IMG/VR virus record: IMGVR_UViG_3300032562_000014
Span: 1 to 64,000 of that record
DNA: 64,000 nucleotides
Strand: one strand, 5' to 3'
From: a virus
The position numbers and the translations under genes are program-made. Below are positions 28,098-37,515 of this stretch, one piece after another. Under the pieces are notes generated by a model that saw only the letters and a list, made by a program, of their open reading frames with translations, searched no databases and had not been told where the DNA came from. The stretch's first letter is position 1. Each line of letters starts with the position of its first letter.

Positions 28098-29768
28098 TTA
28101 CGCAATAGTGGTTTCTGCGGGTATGGTGGCATACAGGTCGCCCCGGCGCATAAACAGGTATTCTTCACCTTCTATCTTTATAGAGGTGCCGGCCAGTTTC
28201 TTGTACAGTACGGTATCTCCTTCATTGATGTCGGTGACAAGTTCTCCTTTGGAGATAATGGTTCCCTTCTGTGGCTTTTCTTCGCCCTGTATTTTGATGA
28301 ACATATCATCTGCCTGTTCCGGTATTGGTTTTACAAAAACAAGGTTGCCCAGTGGTTTTACTTGGTTCATTTCGTTTATTTTAGCTGTGATAAAATCTGA
28401 GTGAGCGATAAGGTATTTCTTACCGAAAAGGTTGATGGGGTATAGTTCTTTGTAGGACGCGAGGCATATATTCGGTAACTGCTTTGGGAACTCTATCTTG
28501 CAGCGCATCAGGTGGTTGCGGTTTAGCCCGGCACTCTCGGCAATGGCATCTGCTTTCAGGCGCTCCATCTTATTTTCAAAGTCCTGTACTTTGAGTGCAA
28601 ATTCAGGGTCGCTTTTGTCTATGCGCTCCACATCGGCGCGGTAGCCTTCGTACTTAGCCTGAAACTTCTGCACCCGGTCCTTCTTTTTGTGATCAAGTGT
28701 TATGGTGAATGAGCTCAGGTCGCGGCATTTGGATAAGTCGCTGTCAAGGCCGGGAGATAGCAATTCATCATTCTGTCGGTTGCTATGCTCAAAGATGTCA
28801 AATTCAAAATTGAGGAACACGCTTTTATTGAACGGGATTATTTTCATATCCGGTATCTTCCCGTACAATTTACGGTTCTCTATTTTGCCGAATATCTCGC
28901 GGGCATTAGGGTCAAGGCAGTTGATGATGCGGTGTTCTTCTATGTAGTTATCAAAGCTACCCTCAAACCTGCGGAGTATGCGGTATGGCTGTGACTCTAT
29001 GGAGTGGTGAAGGATGGCCATGTCGCCCACATTCAGCAATGGATACATCTTCTGCGCCTCACTACCAATATCCACCACCTCGCCATACTGCAGGTTGCGC
29101 AACATGTGAATATATAAAGGTGACTGCACAAAACCGCTGTCTGTAGTTTCGCGCTTGATCTTCTGTGCGGCCAGGTCTATAGATACAATGATACGATGTG
29201 GTGATACTAAGCCATTGACTGTAAATACGTCCTTCTCGTAGAGTATGTGGTACGTCTTATCTCCTTCGCGAAATGAAGGGTATATGGCCACCTTTACTTC
29301 TTTGCGAAATTCAATGATGGCGCCCGATTTGAAATAAGACCCTGCCGGGGCCTTGTATATGATTGCTTTGCGCGGAGTGCCTTCGGTATCATCAGCGATT
29401 ACCAACCCATCTTTGGTTACATGGCTCTGGGTGACAATTTCTACAAACAGGCGGTTGTATGGTTCTCCATTGACGCGCCATACTTCATCTTCAAACACTA
29501 CCGGATGCTCCACGCCGTATATCTCTATAGACCTGTATGATCCTGTATCTTGCTGGGTGCGCTTGTATAAGATGTTGTCCCCTTTTTTAAAAGAAGACCC
29601 TTCACAAGTGTATAAAACCACACCACGCGCGCATAGGTTGTTGATGTCGTCCGGCGCTATAAGCCCATCACCCAGGTCTTCGGCGGATGTGTTTGGCTCA
29701 ACGATCAGTGTCTTGTAAATAGTCCCTGTGCTATGCACATAGGGGAGTGGCTGGTAGGTGGCGCTCAT
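28098..29768 (-). CDS. Multi-domain GroES-like co-chaperonin (about five tandem Cpn10 repeats)
   Basis: The C-terminal 90 aa is canonical GroES (VKPLGNLVFV...GDTVLYKK.AGT.IKIEGEEYL). Four upstream segments repeat the P..R(I/L).V...G...G.V...GD...Y...(E/D)(V/I) pattern. Confidence 0.75.
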   Translation of the reverse strand: MSATYQPLPYVHSTGTIYKTLIVEPNTSAEDLGDGLIAPDDINNLCARGVVLYTCEGSSFKKGDNILYKRTQQDTGSYRSIEIYGVEHPVVFEDEVWRVNGEPYNRLFVEIVTQSHVTKDGLVIADDTEGTPRKAIIYKAPAGSYFKSGAIIEFRKEVKVAIYPSFREGDKTYHILYEKDVFTVNGLVSPHRIIVSIDLAAQKIKRETTDSGFVQSPLYIHMLRNLQYGEVVDIGSEAQKMYPLLNVGDMAILHHSIESQPYRILRRFEGSFDNYIEEHRIINCLDPNAREIFGKIENRKLYGKIPDMKIIPFNKSVFLNFEFDIFEHSNRQNDELLSPGLDSDLSKCRDLSSFTITLDHKKKDRVQKFQAKYEGYRADVERIDKSDPEFALKVQDFENKMERLKADAIAESAGLNRNHLMRCKIEFPKQLPNICLASYKELYPINLFGKKYLIAHSDFITAKINEMNQVKPLGNLVFVKPIPEQADDMFIKIQGEEKPQKGTIISKGELVTDINEGDTVLYKKLAGTSIKIEGEEYLFMRRGDLYATIPAETTIA

Positions 29769-29786
29769 TAAAATATGGTTGTGCGA

Positions 29787-29821
29787 AAAAAGAAAATTAC
29801 CTGTGTACAGGTATAAAAGTA
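29787..29821. promoter_or_regulatory. 35-bp operator-like box, copy 1
   Basis: AAAAAGAAAATTACCTGTGTACAGGTATAAAAGTA, containing the inverted repeat TACCTGT-N2-ACAGGTA; identical to 34611..34645. Confidence 0.75.
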
Positions 29822-29892
29822 CGTCTTCTTATGACATTAGCAAACTTATCAGGTTATTTTTGAACTTGAATAGGAAAAATAATCTACTTTAT

Positions 29893-30378
29893 ATGGATAT
29901 TGTAACCGTTGTTGCCCTTTATGATGAGAACTTGAACTACCATCCGGGAGGGCAAACCTACGCCATACCTGTAGATTCACTGATACAGGGGACAAAGACA
30001 CTTCCTACAGCCCAGTATATAGCAGGTACAGTAGGCATACAGGCCACGGCAGATATGTTGAAAGTAAAGACAGCCAATTATGGTGTTATCTATCTGAACA
30101 TGACGCTGGCCCAATACAATGCTGCAATACAGGCCGCATCACTCACTCCGCCAATAGAGCAAGTGCTTACGCTGACAGTGCCGACAAATACCCCGGCGGG
30201 AACCACAGTTACCAATTCGGCCCTGTTTAACGCTGTGCTGATCAATGTAAGTAAGAATGGCGCGAACCTTGACCTGCGTACCATATCCATGGTAAATTCA
30301 GGCACAAATGGAGTAGTGACATTGCCATCTGCGCTTGTAAATACTGACGTTATTGCATTCACCTTTTATACTAAATAA
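29893..30378 (+). CDS. Hypothetical virion-associated protein
   Basis: Likely start MDIVTVV; beta-rich C-terminal domain (V.KNG.......I.......GVVTL...L...D.I.F.FY). Confidence 0.65.
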   Translation: MDIVTVVALYDENLNYHPGGQTYAIPVDSLIQGTKTLPTAQYIAGTVGIQATADMLKVKTANYGVIYLNMTLAQYNAAIQAASLTPPIEQVLTLTVPTNTPAGTTVTNSALFNAVLINVSKNGANLDLRTISMVNSGTNGVVTLPSALVNTDVIAFTFYTK

Positions 30379-30381
30379 AAA

Positions 30382-30711
30382 ATGAATACAGGACTTCGCG
30401 ACTTTGTAAAATCATGGGGACCAACTATAACCTTAGTTATATTCTGTTTTGGCTTCTTTTTTGAGCTATCCGCAAAACTGGCTGAATGGGGTAATAGCTA
30501 TATTGTTGAACTGCATACCACTAAAAATATGGCAGATCAAACTGCTAAAGATTTAGCTAATTATAAAGAAGATGCCAGGGTGAGGCGTGACAAACGTGAC
30601 GAGTGGGACAAGGCGCAAGACAAAGAAATAGGCAAACTGCAATACGATGTTACCAGGCTAATGACGATCAATAGGATCACGTATACACCACCAATAAAAA
30701 AAGAAGAATGA
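30382..30711 (+). CDS. Membrane-anchored coiled-coil protein (lysis-cassette-like)
   Basis: One N-terminal TM followed by a coiled coil. Confidence 0.6.
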   Translation: MNTGLRDFVKSWGPTITLVIFCFGFFFELSAKLAEWGNSYIVELHTTKNMADQTAKDLANYKEDARVRRDKRDEWDKAQDKEIGKLQYDVTRLMTINRITYTPPIKKEE

Positions 30712-30926
30712 AAAACTGGCGGACATTTTTAGTAGGGTTGGCAGGTGCGATATTTTTCAGCATATTGCCCATATTGCAGAGAGGGACCTTCAATATACAT
30801 AAGGACTGGCCAAATCTTGTTGGAGCTGCCGGGAGTGCGTTATTTGGTTTTGTGAGCAAGGACGCAGCCGTTACCGGGCTCCCTAACGATAAAAATGCGA
30901 CAGATCAATCAAAAACAGGACAATAG
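30708..30926 (+). CDS. Holin-like small membrane protein
   Basis: MKNWRT..G start, two TMs, ...G..SKD..VTG tail. Confidence 0.6.
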   Translation: MKNWRTFLVGLAGAIFFSILPILQRGTFNIHKDWPNLVGAAGSALFGFVSKDAAVTGLPNDKNATDQSKTGQ

Positions 30927-30968
30927 TTGCGATTTGCAATTATTTTTATACTTTTAAAAGAAATTATT

Positions 30969-31616
30969 ATGAAAAATAACCGCATTTTTTGCCTCGTATA
31001 TAAAGATGATGCAGCCCTTTACCTTCCTGCCGGCGCGAACAAGCAGATCAGTTGCTCGCACCTCAACCTCGACATATGGGGTGTAAACATGCAAGGAGAA
31101 GAAGTCCCTGTGCCGTTCACCACTATACCACCACTATCAGCTTCGCCCGGCAATTCGGAGCAAAGTGCAAATGCGCTGGTTTGGGTAGGTGGCGTATGGG
31201 TGAACTCAAAATACTTCGGCGATCCTAATTTCAAAGTGTGCGTGAAAGTAAAAGACTACACCACAAGGAATACGCTGTACGTAGACGCGGCCAGCTACAA
31301 CGCCAACATTGCATTATGTAACTTTGTGCCGGAGCCACAGTCCTGTACGGTAGTGACCAACCTGGTAAACACTGCGAAGACAGCCACTACTGCTAACTTC
31401 TCATTTGTACTTCCGGCTGGCGCTGTAGGGGTTGAATACATCAACAACACTACATTTACTGCACCTACAGGCGATGGTACTTACCAGGATGGCGGTACAA
31501 CGACAATAGCGATCACCGGGCTTACTACGGCCACAACATATTACCTCCATGTGAGGACAATATGCGGCCTGGGCAGTTCAAGCGCATGGACAGTAGTTAC
31601 CTACACCACATCATAG
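30969..31616 (+). CDS. Virion-associated protein with C-terminal FN3 domain
   Basis: ITGLTTATTYYLHVRTICG...SSAW FN3 signature. Confidence 0.7.
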   Translation: MKNNRIFCLVYKDDAALYLPAGANKQISCSHLNLDIWGVNMQGEEVPVPFTTIPPLSASPGNSEQSANALVWVGGVWVNSKYFGDPNFKVCVKVKDYTTRNTLYVDAASYNANIALCNFVPEPQSCTVVTNLVNTAKTATTANFSFVLPAGAVGVEYINNTTFTAPTGDGTYQDGGTTTIAITGLTTATTYYLHVRTICGLGSSSAWTVVTYTTS

Positions 31617-31639
31617 TAGGCGCACACATTAATAATCGG

Positions 31640-31671
31640 AAGGGCGGTAGTACACAACTGCCGCCCTTTTT
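31640..31671 (+). terminator. Intrinsic terminator directly upstream of the portal gene
   Basis: AGGGCGGTAG-loop-CTGCCGCCCT followed by TTTT. Confidence 0.65.
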
Positions 31672-31686
31672 AAATAACACACATAC

Positions 31687-34326
31687 ATGTTACAGATCAG
31701 AGAATGGTTCGATGTAGAACGGAAAGACAAAGATGGCGAATGGGCTAATAAGATCATTCGGTTCATCCGTATGCAGATGCAGCCATTGGTGGATATAAAA
31801 AGCGCAACACGAGGCATGGCGTACATGCTGGGCAAGCAGGATATGTCCCCTATCAGAAATCTGTTTCAAAACTCAGCAGAATTAAACCTCAATAACAGGC
31901 CGTTATACAACCAATACAACAACCGGCTGCTACGTGCGGAAAATGACAGCGATGTAAGCCTCTTACACGAGATGGCCAATGTTGACTTTATGTCACTACC
32001 CATCATGGAGAAGTTGAAAAACGTCTTCATTGCAGAGATGAAAAAAATGGGTGTTATCGCGGTGGTGAAATCTACAGACCCTACCAGCGGCGTAGCCAAA
32101 AAGAACGATGAAGCATTTATAGTGAATAAGGACCGCATGGAGAAATTCATCAGCGGCATGTTCACCCAGATGGGACAGCCTCCATTCAAGATGCAGCAGG
32201 CTAAAGACCGCATTGGTAAAAAGATGGACAGTGGCAACACGCAGGACTTTGATAAGATGTCGCTGGACCGTAATGACCCTGCGGATGTAGCCACCTTTAT
32301 GAAGTATTTTCACAAGCTCGACTGGGAGATAGAAATGCAGAAGCTGGTGGATGCAATATTAAAGTTCAATCAGTTAGAGTCTTTCATATCCAACATGACG
32401 GTAGACATCATTGCCAAAAAAGCAGTGGCCTACCAAAGCTATGTGAGCAAGGTCAATGGGGCGGTAATGGCACAGTACCTCACGCCGGAAACAGTATACA
32501 TATTCGGAGGCGGCAGAAGGGAGGACTACAATGATGCCAGCGCCAAGGCATACCAGCAGAGCGTGACGATAAAAGAATTGCTGGACAGGTTCGGCGATTC
32601 ATTCGACATAGAGAAGTACATGGATAAGCTGATCATAGCGGTGTTTACAGCCTCATCAGGCGCTATAGACATCACGGCGATACATCCAAGTGGCAGGTAC
32701 TATTGCCAGGGTCGCGACACAGGTACAAACGGGCAGAACATCAACTACACCTACAACCAGTTCCTCAACTTCAAAGTGACCATAGGTTACATGGAGTGGA
32801 TCAGCCAGAACATGACCGAGTATGGTGAGGAGATAAACAGGGTAAACCTGAAAGACCTGAACAACTCCGCCAAGGTAAAGCAATTTGAGGGCACATTCTA
32901 CGAAGACAACCAGCCGCCGAACGGCAAAAGGTACCAGACCAAGGCGCGCTATGAAACAGGCACTTATTGTTCTTACTACCTTGTATTGACAATGGTAGAC
33001 CATCTTATGTTCGACTTTGGAGAAGTGACCTACAAAGACATAGAAGGCTACCAGGACTTCAATACCAACTTCACCATCATCACTCAAAAAGTGATTGGCG
33101 AGCCAATAGCTATTACCTGCGCTCCGTTCATAGACCTCATCAATGAATTGTGGTACAAGTTCAAGTATGAAGTGCGCCGGTCAAAGCCTCGCGGGACCGA
33201 CTACAACTACGATAGTTTGCTGGCTATGGCCATGGATATATTCCCGGACAACACGCTGAATAAATCCGAGAAGATAGCTAAGATGGTAGCATGGCTTGAT
33301 GGCAGCGCTAACAGCATGTACACCTTCCCTGTGATCGAAGGAAAGGTAGTGCCGATGACCAGCAACCAAGTTAACATTGACAGGCCCAATGGTTTGTCAC
33401 CTAACTCAAAAATATATTGGGAGAGTCTTATAGAGATATGGGCAAAGATGCTGGACACGGTGGGTATTGCGCCGCTACGTGAAGGCGATCCCGGCAATCC
33501 ACGCGACTCCATGAACAACCAGTTCAAGGCGCTGGAGTATAGCCTTGCATCTACGTACTACATACCCGATATGATCACCGCTGTATGCGAAGACATAGCC
33601 ACACGGTCCTTGTTCTTTGTGCAGGACATCATACAGTTCAAAGACATAGACACGCTGGCATACAGGTTCCTTGTCAATCTTGTAGGAGAAGAAACACTAC
33701 AGGCCATAGAAGGCATGGGTAAAGTAGGTATGCACCGGTACAGCGTTTATGTAGAGGCGATGAACCAATCATCATTACTACAGAAAATAGACACCAGCAT
33801 ACAGCTTGCTGTGCAGAACGGTAAAGTAAGTGTGGCCCAGCAGCTCATGCTCGAAGACATCAAAAGCCCACGGCAGAAAGGCATTGTACTGGCCTACTTT
33901 GAGGAGAAGGCAAACAAGGATGCGCAACAGGCTGCACAGCAGCAGCAGCAGGCGCAGCAGCAGCACGAAATGCAGATGAAGCAGATGGACATGCAGATAG
34001 AGAAAATGAAGGGCGACCAGATGCTGCAGGGCAAGACCATAGATGCTAACGCAACCATGCAAGCACACCTCATTAACCAGAAGGGTGGCATAGATAAGAC
34101 GAAGATGAAATTGAGTGGTGACGTTGACCAGATATATCATCAAGCTAATGCTGATCTATTAACAGAGCAGCAGAGTCTGAATAACACCGGTAAGACTACG
34201 CCACCACCACCCGCGCCACCTGTACAACCACAGCAGCAAGCGCCACTACCCGTACAGCGCGCACCAAGCGCATTACAGTTGGAGCATAATGCGGCAGAAC
34301 CAATGCCTACTACGGCTAATGTTTAA
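31687..34326 (+). CDS. Portal protein (crAss-like)
   Basis: 879 aa; GI...REG motif and Gln-rich C-terminal barrel helix; lies upstream of the scaffold and capsid genes. Confidence 0.75.
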   Translation: MLQIREWFDVERKDKDGEWANKIIRFIRMQMQPLVDIKSATRGMAYMLGKQDMSPIRNLFQNSAELNLNNRPLYNQYNNRLLRAENDSDVSLLHEMANVDFMSLPIMEKLKNVFIAEMKKMGVIAVVKSTDPTSGVAKKNDEAFIVNKDRMEKFISGMFTQMGQPPFKMQQAKDRIGKKMDSGNTQDFDKMSLDRNDPADVATFMKYFHKLDWEIEMQKLVDAILKFNQLESFISNMTVDIIAKKAVAYQSYVSKVNGAVMAQYLTPETVYIFGGGRREDYNDASAKAYQQSVTIKELLDRFGDSFDIEKYMDKLIIAVFTASSGAIDITAIHPSGRYYCQGRDTGTNGQNINYTYNQFLNFKVTIGYMEWISQNMTEYGEEINRVNLKDLNNSAKVKQFEGTFYEDNQPPNGKRYQTKARYETGTYCSYYLVLTMVDHLMFDFGEVTYKDIEGYQDFNTNFTIITQKVIGEPIAITCAPFIDLINELWYKFKYEVRRSKPRGTDYNYDSLLAMAMDIFPDNTLNKSEKIAKMVAWLDGSANSMYTFPVIEGKVVPMTSNQVNIDRPNGLSPNSKIYWESLIEIWAKMLDTVGIAPLREGDPGNPRDSMNNQFKALEYSLASTYYIPDMITAVCEDIATRSLFFVQDIIQFKDIDTLAYRFLVNLVGEETLQAIEGMGKVGMHRYSVYVEAMNQSSLLQKIDTSIQLAVQNGKVSVAQQLMLEDIKSPRQKGIVLAYFEEKANKDAQQAAQQQQQAQQQHEMQMKQMDMQIEKMKGDQMLQGKTIDANATMQAHLINQKGGIDKTKMKLSGDVDQIYHQANADLLTEQQSLNNTGKTTPPPPAPPVQPQQQAPLPVQRAPSALQLEHNAAEPMPTTANV

Positions 34327-34555
34327 GTATTGGATCTATAATGGTTCGTGAAATAAAAGTAGAAACCTTGATGCCGGCGCGTGAAGACTCGCATAGTATC
34401 AGGCTTTCTACTTCTTTTGGTAGGTGGATGTTGAACTCCTTAATGATCAAAGGCTCCTTATCCATTTTCTTACCAGCGCAGGGTATCTCTGTAGGCTTGC
34501 CAAACTTCTTCATTATTTCGGCATAGACAAAGTGAGGCAATTTCTTGTTGCCCAT
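34316..34555 (-). CDS. Small protein with ribbon-helix-helix-like C-terminus
   Basis: FNIHLPKEVESLILCESSRAGIKVSTFISRTI resembles RHH; counter-oriented gene between portal and scaffold. Confidence 0.5.
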   Translation of the reverse strand: MGNKKLPHFVYAEIMKKFGKPTEIPCAGKKMDKEPLIIKEFNIHLPKEVESLILCESSRAGIKVSTFISRTIIDPILKH

Positions 34556-34610
34556 GACATTCTTTAATTGCTCGTATTCTTTGTGTGTTCTGAAAATTCG
34601 TATTCTCACG

Positions 34611-34645
34611 AAAAAGAAAATTACCTGTGTACAGGTATAAAAGTA
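34611..34645. promoter_or_regulatory. 35-bp operator-like box, copy 2
   Basis: Identical to 29787..29821. Confidence 0.75.
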
Positions 34646-34724
34646 GTACACGTTATTCTTATTTCCAAATCCCCTATATACTTTTGATACAGAATATCCT
34701 CACACAACAAAACAAAACTATTTT

Positions 34725-35837
34725 ATGGCAGAAAATGTAATCACGCCGGAGCAGTCAAAATTGAATACCGAGAAGGCATTCGGGTTAAACACCGCGCCTA
34801 AACTCACAATGCCTGCACCAGCCGACACTACACCACCTGCACCAGCCGCCGCACCAACCGCTACACCACCTGCCCCGGCAGATGTTACGCCACCGGCAGA
34901 AGCGCCCAAAAATAGCTATGAGGATATATCTGACGAAGAACTTGAAAAGTTACTCGCAAAGAGGACCGGTGGTAAAGTAAAATCACTGGCCGACCTGCAG
35001 GAACCGGCACCGAAGCCTACTGCTGCCGAACTGGAAGAACTGGAGAAGAAAGAAAAGCAGGAAGCTATAGAATGGGCCCTCGGCAACGAGAGGATTTCCC
35101 GCGAAGAGTATGAAACAGCGATTGCCGAGAAGGCTAAATCAAACAGGGACATCGCCCTTTCATTGTTGACACAGGAATTGAGAGAAAGCGACCCGAAGAT
35201 CACAGCGGAAGAAGTAGAGGAGATATTCAGGGACATTTACCATGAAGACAAAGACGAAGACTCTTCTATCCGCAAGACCAGCCAGAAGCAAATAGACAAG
35301 ATCGCCGCAGACTACCGCAAGGAAAAGTTCGGCAAGGTGGACAGCATAGATGGTGACTTTAAATCCTATAAGGAAGATACGAACCGTCACAAGTCCTACA
35401 CAAAACAAGCAAAAGCAGCCCTTGAAGCATTGCCAAAGGACTATACCATAAAAGTACCCATCACCAGCGAAGATGGCAAAACGGCAGAACTGGAATTGTC
35501 GTACAAATACGATGAAGCCGACCTGAAAGCCGCAGAGAAGTTCGCTGTAGATTACCAAGCATACAGGGCCATAGGCGCAGACAAAGCAGATGTGAAAGAT
35601 AAGGCAATAGCCAACCTGTATACGGATCACCTGACACGCATAACTGCTGAAAAAAGGACAGCATACCTTCTGCAGGAAAGTGTAAAGCAAGCGATACACC
35701 AGACGAAGGCAGCGTTCAAAAACATACCGGCTACCCAGACGCAGTTTGGCGCTCCGGCAGCAACAGGGGCCACGAAAGCGCCACCAAGCCATGCAGCAGC
35801 AATGGCGGCATTCGACAGGGCCGCAAGAGGAAATTAA
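34725..35837 (+). CDS. Capsid scaffolding-like protein
   Basis: Acidic, helical, Pro/Ala-rich N-terminus; directly before the capsid gene; TACTTTTG box at 34679..34686. Confidence 0.65.
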   Translation: MAENVITPEQSKLNTEKAFGLNTAPKLTMPAPADTTPPAPAAAPTATPPAPADVTPPAEAPKNSYEDISDEELEKLLAKRTGGKVKSLADLQEPAPKPTAAELEELEKKEKQEAIEWALGNERISREEYETAIAEKAKSNRDIALSLLTQELRESDPKITAEEVEEIFRDIYHEDKDEDSSIRKTSQKQIDKIAADYRKEKFGKVDSIDGDFKSYKEDTNRHKSYTKQAKAALEALPKDYTIKVPITSEDGKTAELELSYKYDEADLKAAEKFAVDYQAYRAIGADKADVKDKAIANLYTDHLTRITAEKRTAYLLQESVKQAIHQTKAAFKNIPATQTQFGAPAATGATKAPPSHAAAMAAFDRAARGN

Positions 35838-35883
35838 GATAAATACACTTTAAGTAAAATATAACCACCTAAAAAGAAAAAAA

Positions 35884-37455
35884 ATGGCAATAGCGTACAA
35901 CAGGACCCCGCAGTATCCTCAGCGTATTCAGACATCTGTGCAGAGCGCCACATCGCAGCTTCCTGCCTTCATTCAAATGTATCGCCCGCTGCGCGACTTT
36001 ATTGACAACGGCGGCCTGGCATCCCTCGGCTATGCCGAAGAGGATATAGCGCGCTGGAACTCAGACTTCCGACCAGGTGTGATCAATATCGGTGGCCGTC
36101 CTATAGAGATAGACTTCTTCAAAGACCTGATGGGTGGCGAAGAGAAAGAAGTAGACGCTTCTGACTACTACATAGAGTATAACTCTTATGTAGACCTGAA
36201 CATATACGCTGAAAATGCCGTGACCGGTACTTACCAGACCGTAACAGGTTGCTCTTTCGGCAGCACTGTGAATGGTTCATATACCGGTAATGCCGCGACC
36301 TTCAATATCGCAGCATCACAGTATGCCAACAACGGCCTCAACTCAAACATCAACGTAGGTGACGAGATACTCATCTACCAGGATAACAAATGGGTGCAGG
36401 TGATCAAGAAGGACACAACCGTTCCTTATGCCCACGCTATCACCGTGGCCCCTAAAGACCCGGCCTACATCATCAACATCCCTGCAAAACTGAAGATGTT
36501 CCCTGTACACGCCCAGCACACATCCGGCTACAGCGACAGGACAACGATCAGCCTGCATACAGAATGGGAAACTCCCGGCTATGTAAAGCGCATACAGCCC
36601 GCTTCGTATCGTATAGACTACGAAACGCCGCGTAACCTGGACCGCGCATGGCAGGATCTCGTGACCTTCCCTATCATATTCGATATGGCGACAGGCGCGC
36701 TGATAGACAGCTTTGACCTGAAAGCATCACAGGCAGCCCGCGAAGCAATGGTGATAGGTGTGAACCTCGCCTTCTTCACAGGTGAAAAACTGAAAAACAC
36801 CGGCCTTACCGGAGCTAACTTCACCCAGCAGTACAACGGGTTTGATGGCTTCCTGACTACCTTATTCTATGGTGGTGGCAACATATGGGAGTATGACAAC
36901 AGCTATGGCTTCGACCTGGATGCTGACTACAACCAGATCACCCTGCAGAACGATGCGCTGAAACTGGCCACCGAATACCTGATGCTCGTTTCCAAAGCAT
37001 TCAAACGCCAGATGGAAAACAGGGCGCAGGATATGTTCAAGGGCAACTCCGGCCAGTGTACTTTTGAAACCTTCACAAGGGGAGAAGCAGACCGCGATAC
37101 CAATACCTTTGTAACACGCCAGGGCATCAAGTCCTACGCATGGGGCGGTGATACCCTCCATATAAAAGAAGTAGGCGCATGGTCTGATACCCGCAGCGTA
37201 GGTAACGGCTACTACAAAAACATGGGCATCCTACTCCCCGGCACAGGTATGACAGACAGCAACGGTAACTCCGTAGCGCCTGTAGAATACTACCGTCCGA
37301 AGGGCCGCACCATATCTTCCATGTGGACAGAAACATTCCGCGATGAAATGCAGCTCTCCGGCGCTGACAAGTTCACCGGCACTATCGAAAACACCATCAT
37401 GGCCGCAGTGAACTGCGTAGAAAACATGTATGCAATCATGCCTAAATACTTCTAA
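35884..37455 (+). CDS. Major capsid protein (crAss-like)
   Basis: 523 aa, portal-scaffold-capsid position, strongly biased codon usage, followed by a strong terminator. Confidence 0.75.
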   Translation: MAIAYNRTPQYPQRIQTSVQSATSQLPAFIQMYRPLRDFIDNGGLASLGYAEEDIARWNSDFRPGVINIGGRPIEIDFFKDLMGGEEKEVDASDYYIEYNSYVDLNIYAENAVTGTYQTVTGCSFGSTVNGSYTGNAATFNIAASQYANNGLNSNINVGDEILIYQDNKWVQVIKKDTTVPYAHAITVAPKDPAYIINIPAKLKMFPVHAQHTSGYSDRTTISLHTEWETPGYVKRIQPASYRIDYETPRNLDRAWQDLVTFPIIFDMATGALIDSFDLKASQAAREAMVIGVNLAFFTGEKLKNTGLTGANFTQQYNGFDGFLTTLFYGGGNIWEYDNSYGFDLDADYNQITLQNDALKLATEYLMLVSKAFKRQMENRAQDMFKGNSGQCTFETFTRGEADRDTNTFVTRQGIKSYAWGGDTLHIKEVGAWSDTRSVGNGYYKNMGILLPGTGMTDSNGNSVAPVEYYRPKGRTISSMWTETFRDEMQLSGADKFTGTIENTIMAAVNCVENMYAIMPKYF

Positions 37456-37473
37456 TCGAAGTATTTAGGTTTT
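37441..37473 (+). terminator. Intrinsic terminator after the capsid gene
   Basis: CCTAAATACTTC-TAATC-GAAGTATTTAGG-TTTT, a perfect 12-bp stem. Confidence 0.8.
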
Positions 37474-37515
37474 GCTTTTATCTAATAAAATATCTCACAC
37501 AACAAATCAAACAAT

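Noticed and set aside
27509-28404. Long plus-strand ORFs opposite groEL/groES, and many similar antisense ORFs elsewhere
   Set aside because: They are shadows caused by codon bias of well-supported genes on the opposite strand.
33930-33970. CAG-rich tract in the portal gene as a variable repeat
   Set aside because: It is an imperfect in-frame Gln-rich helix typical of portal C-termini.
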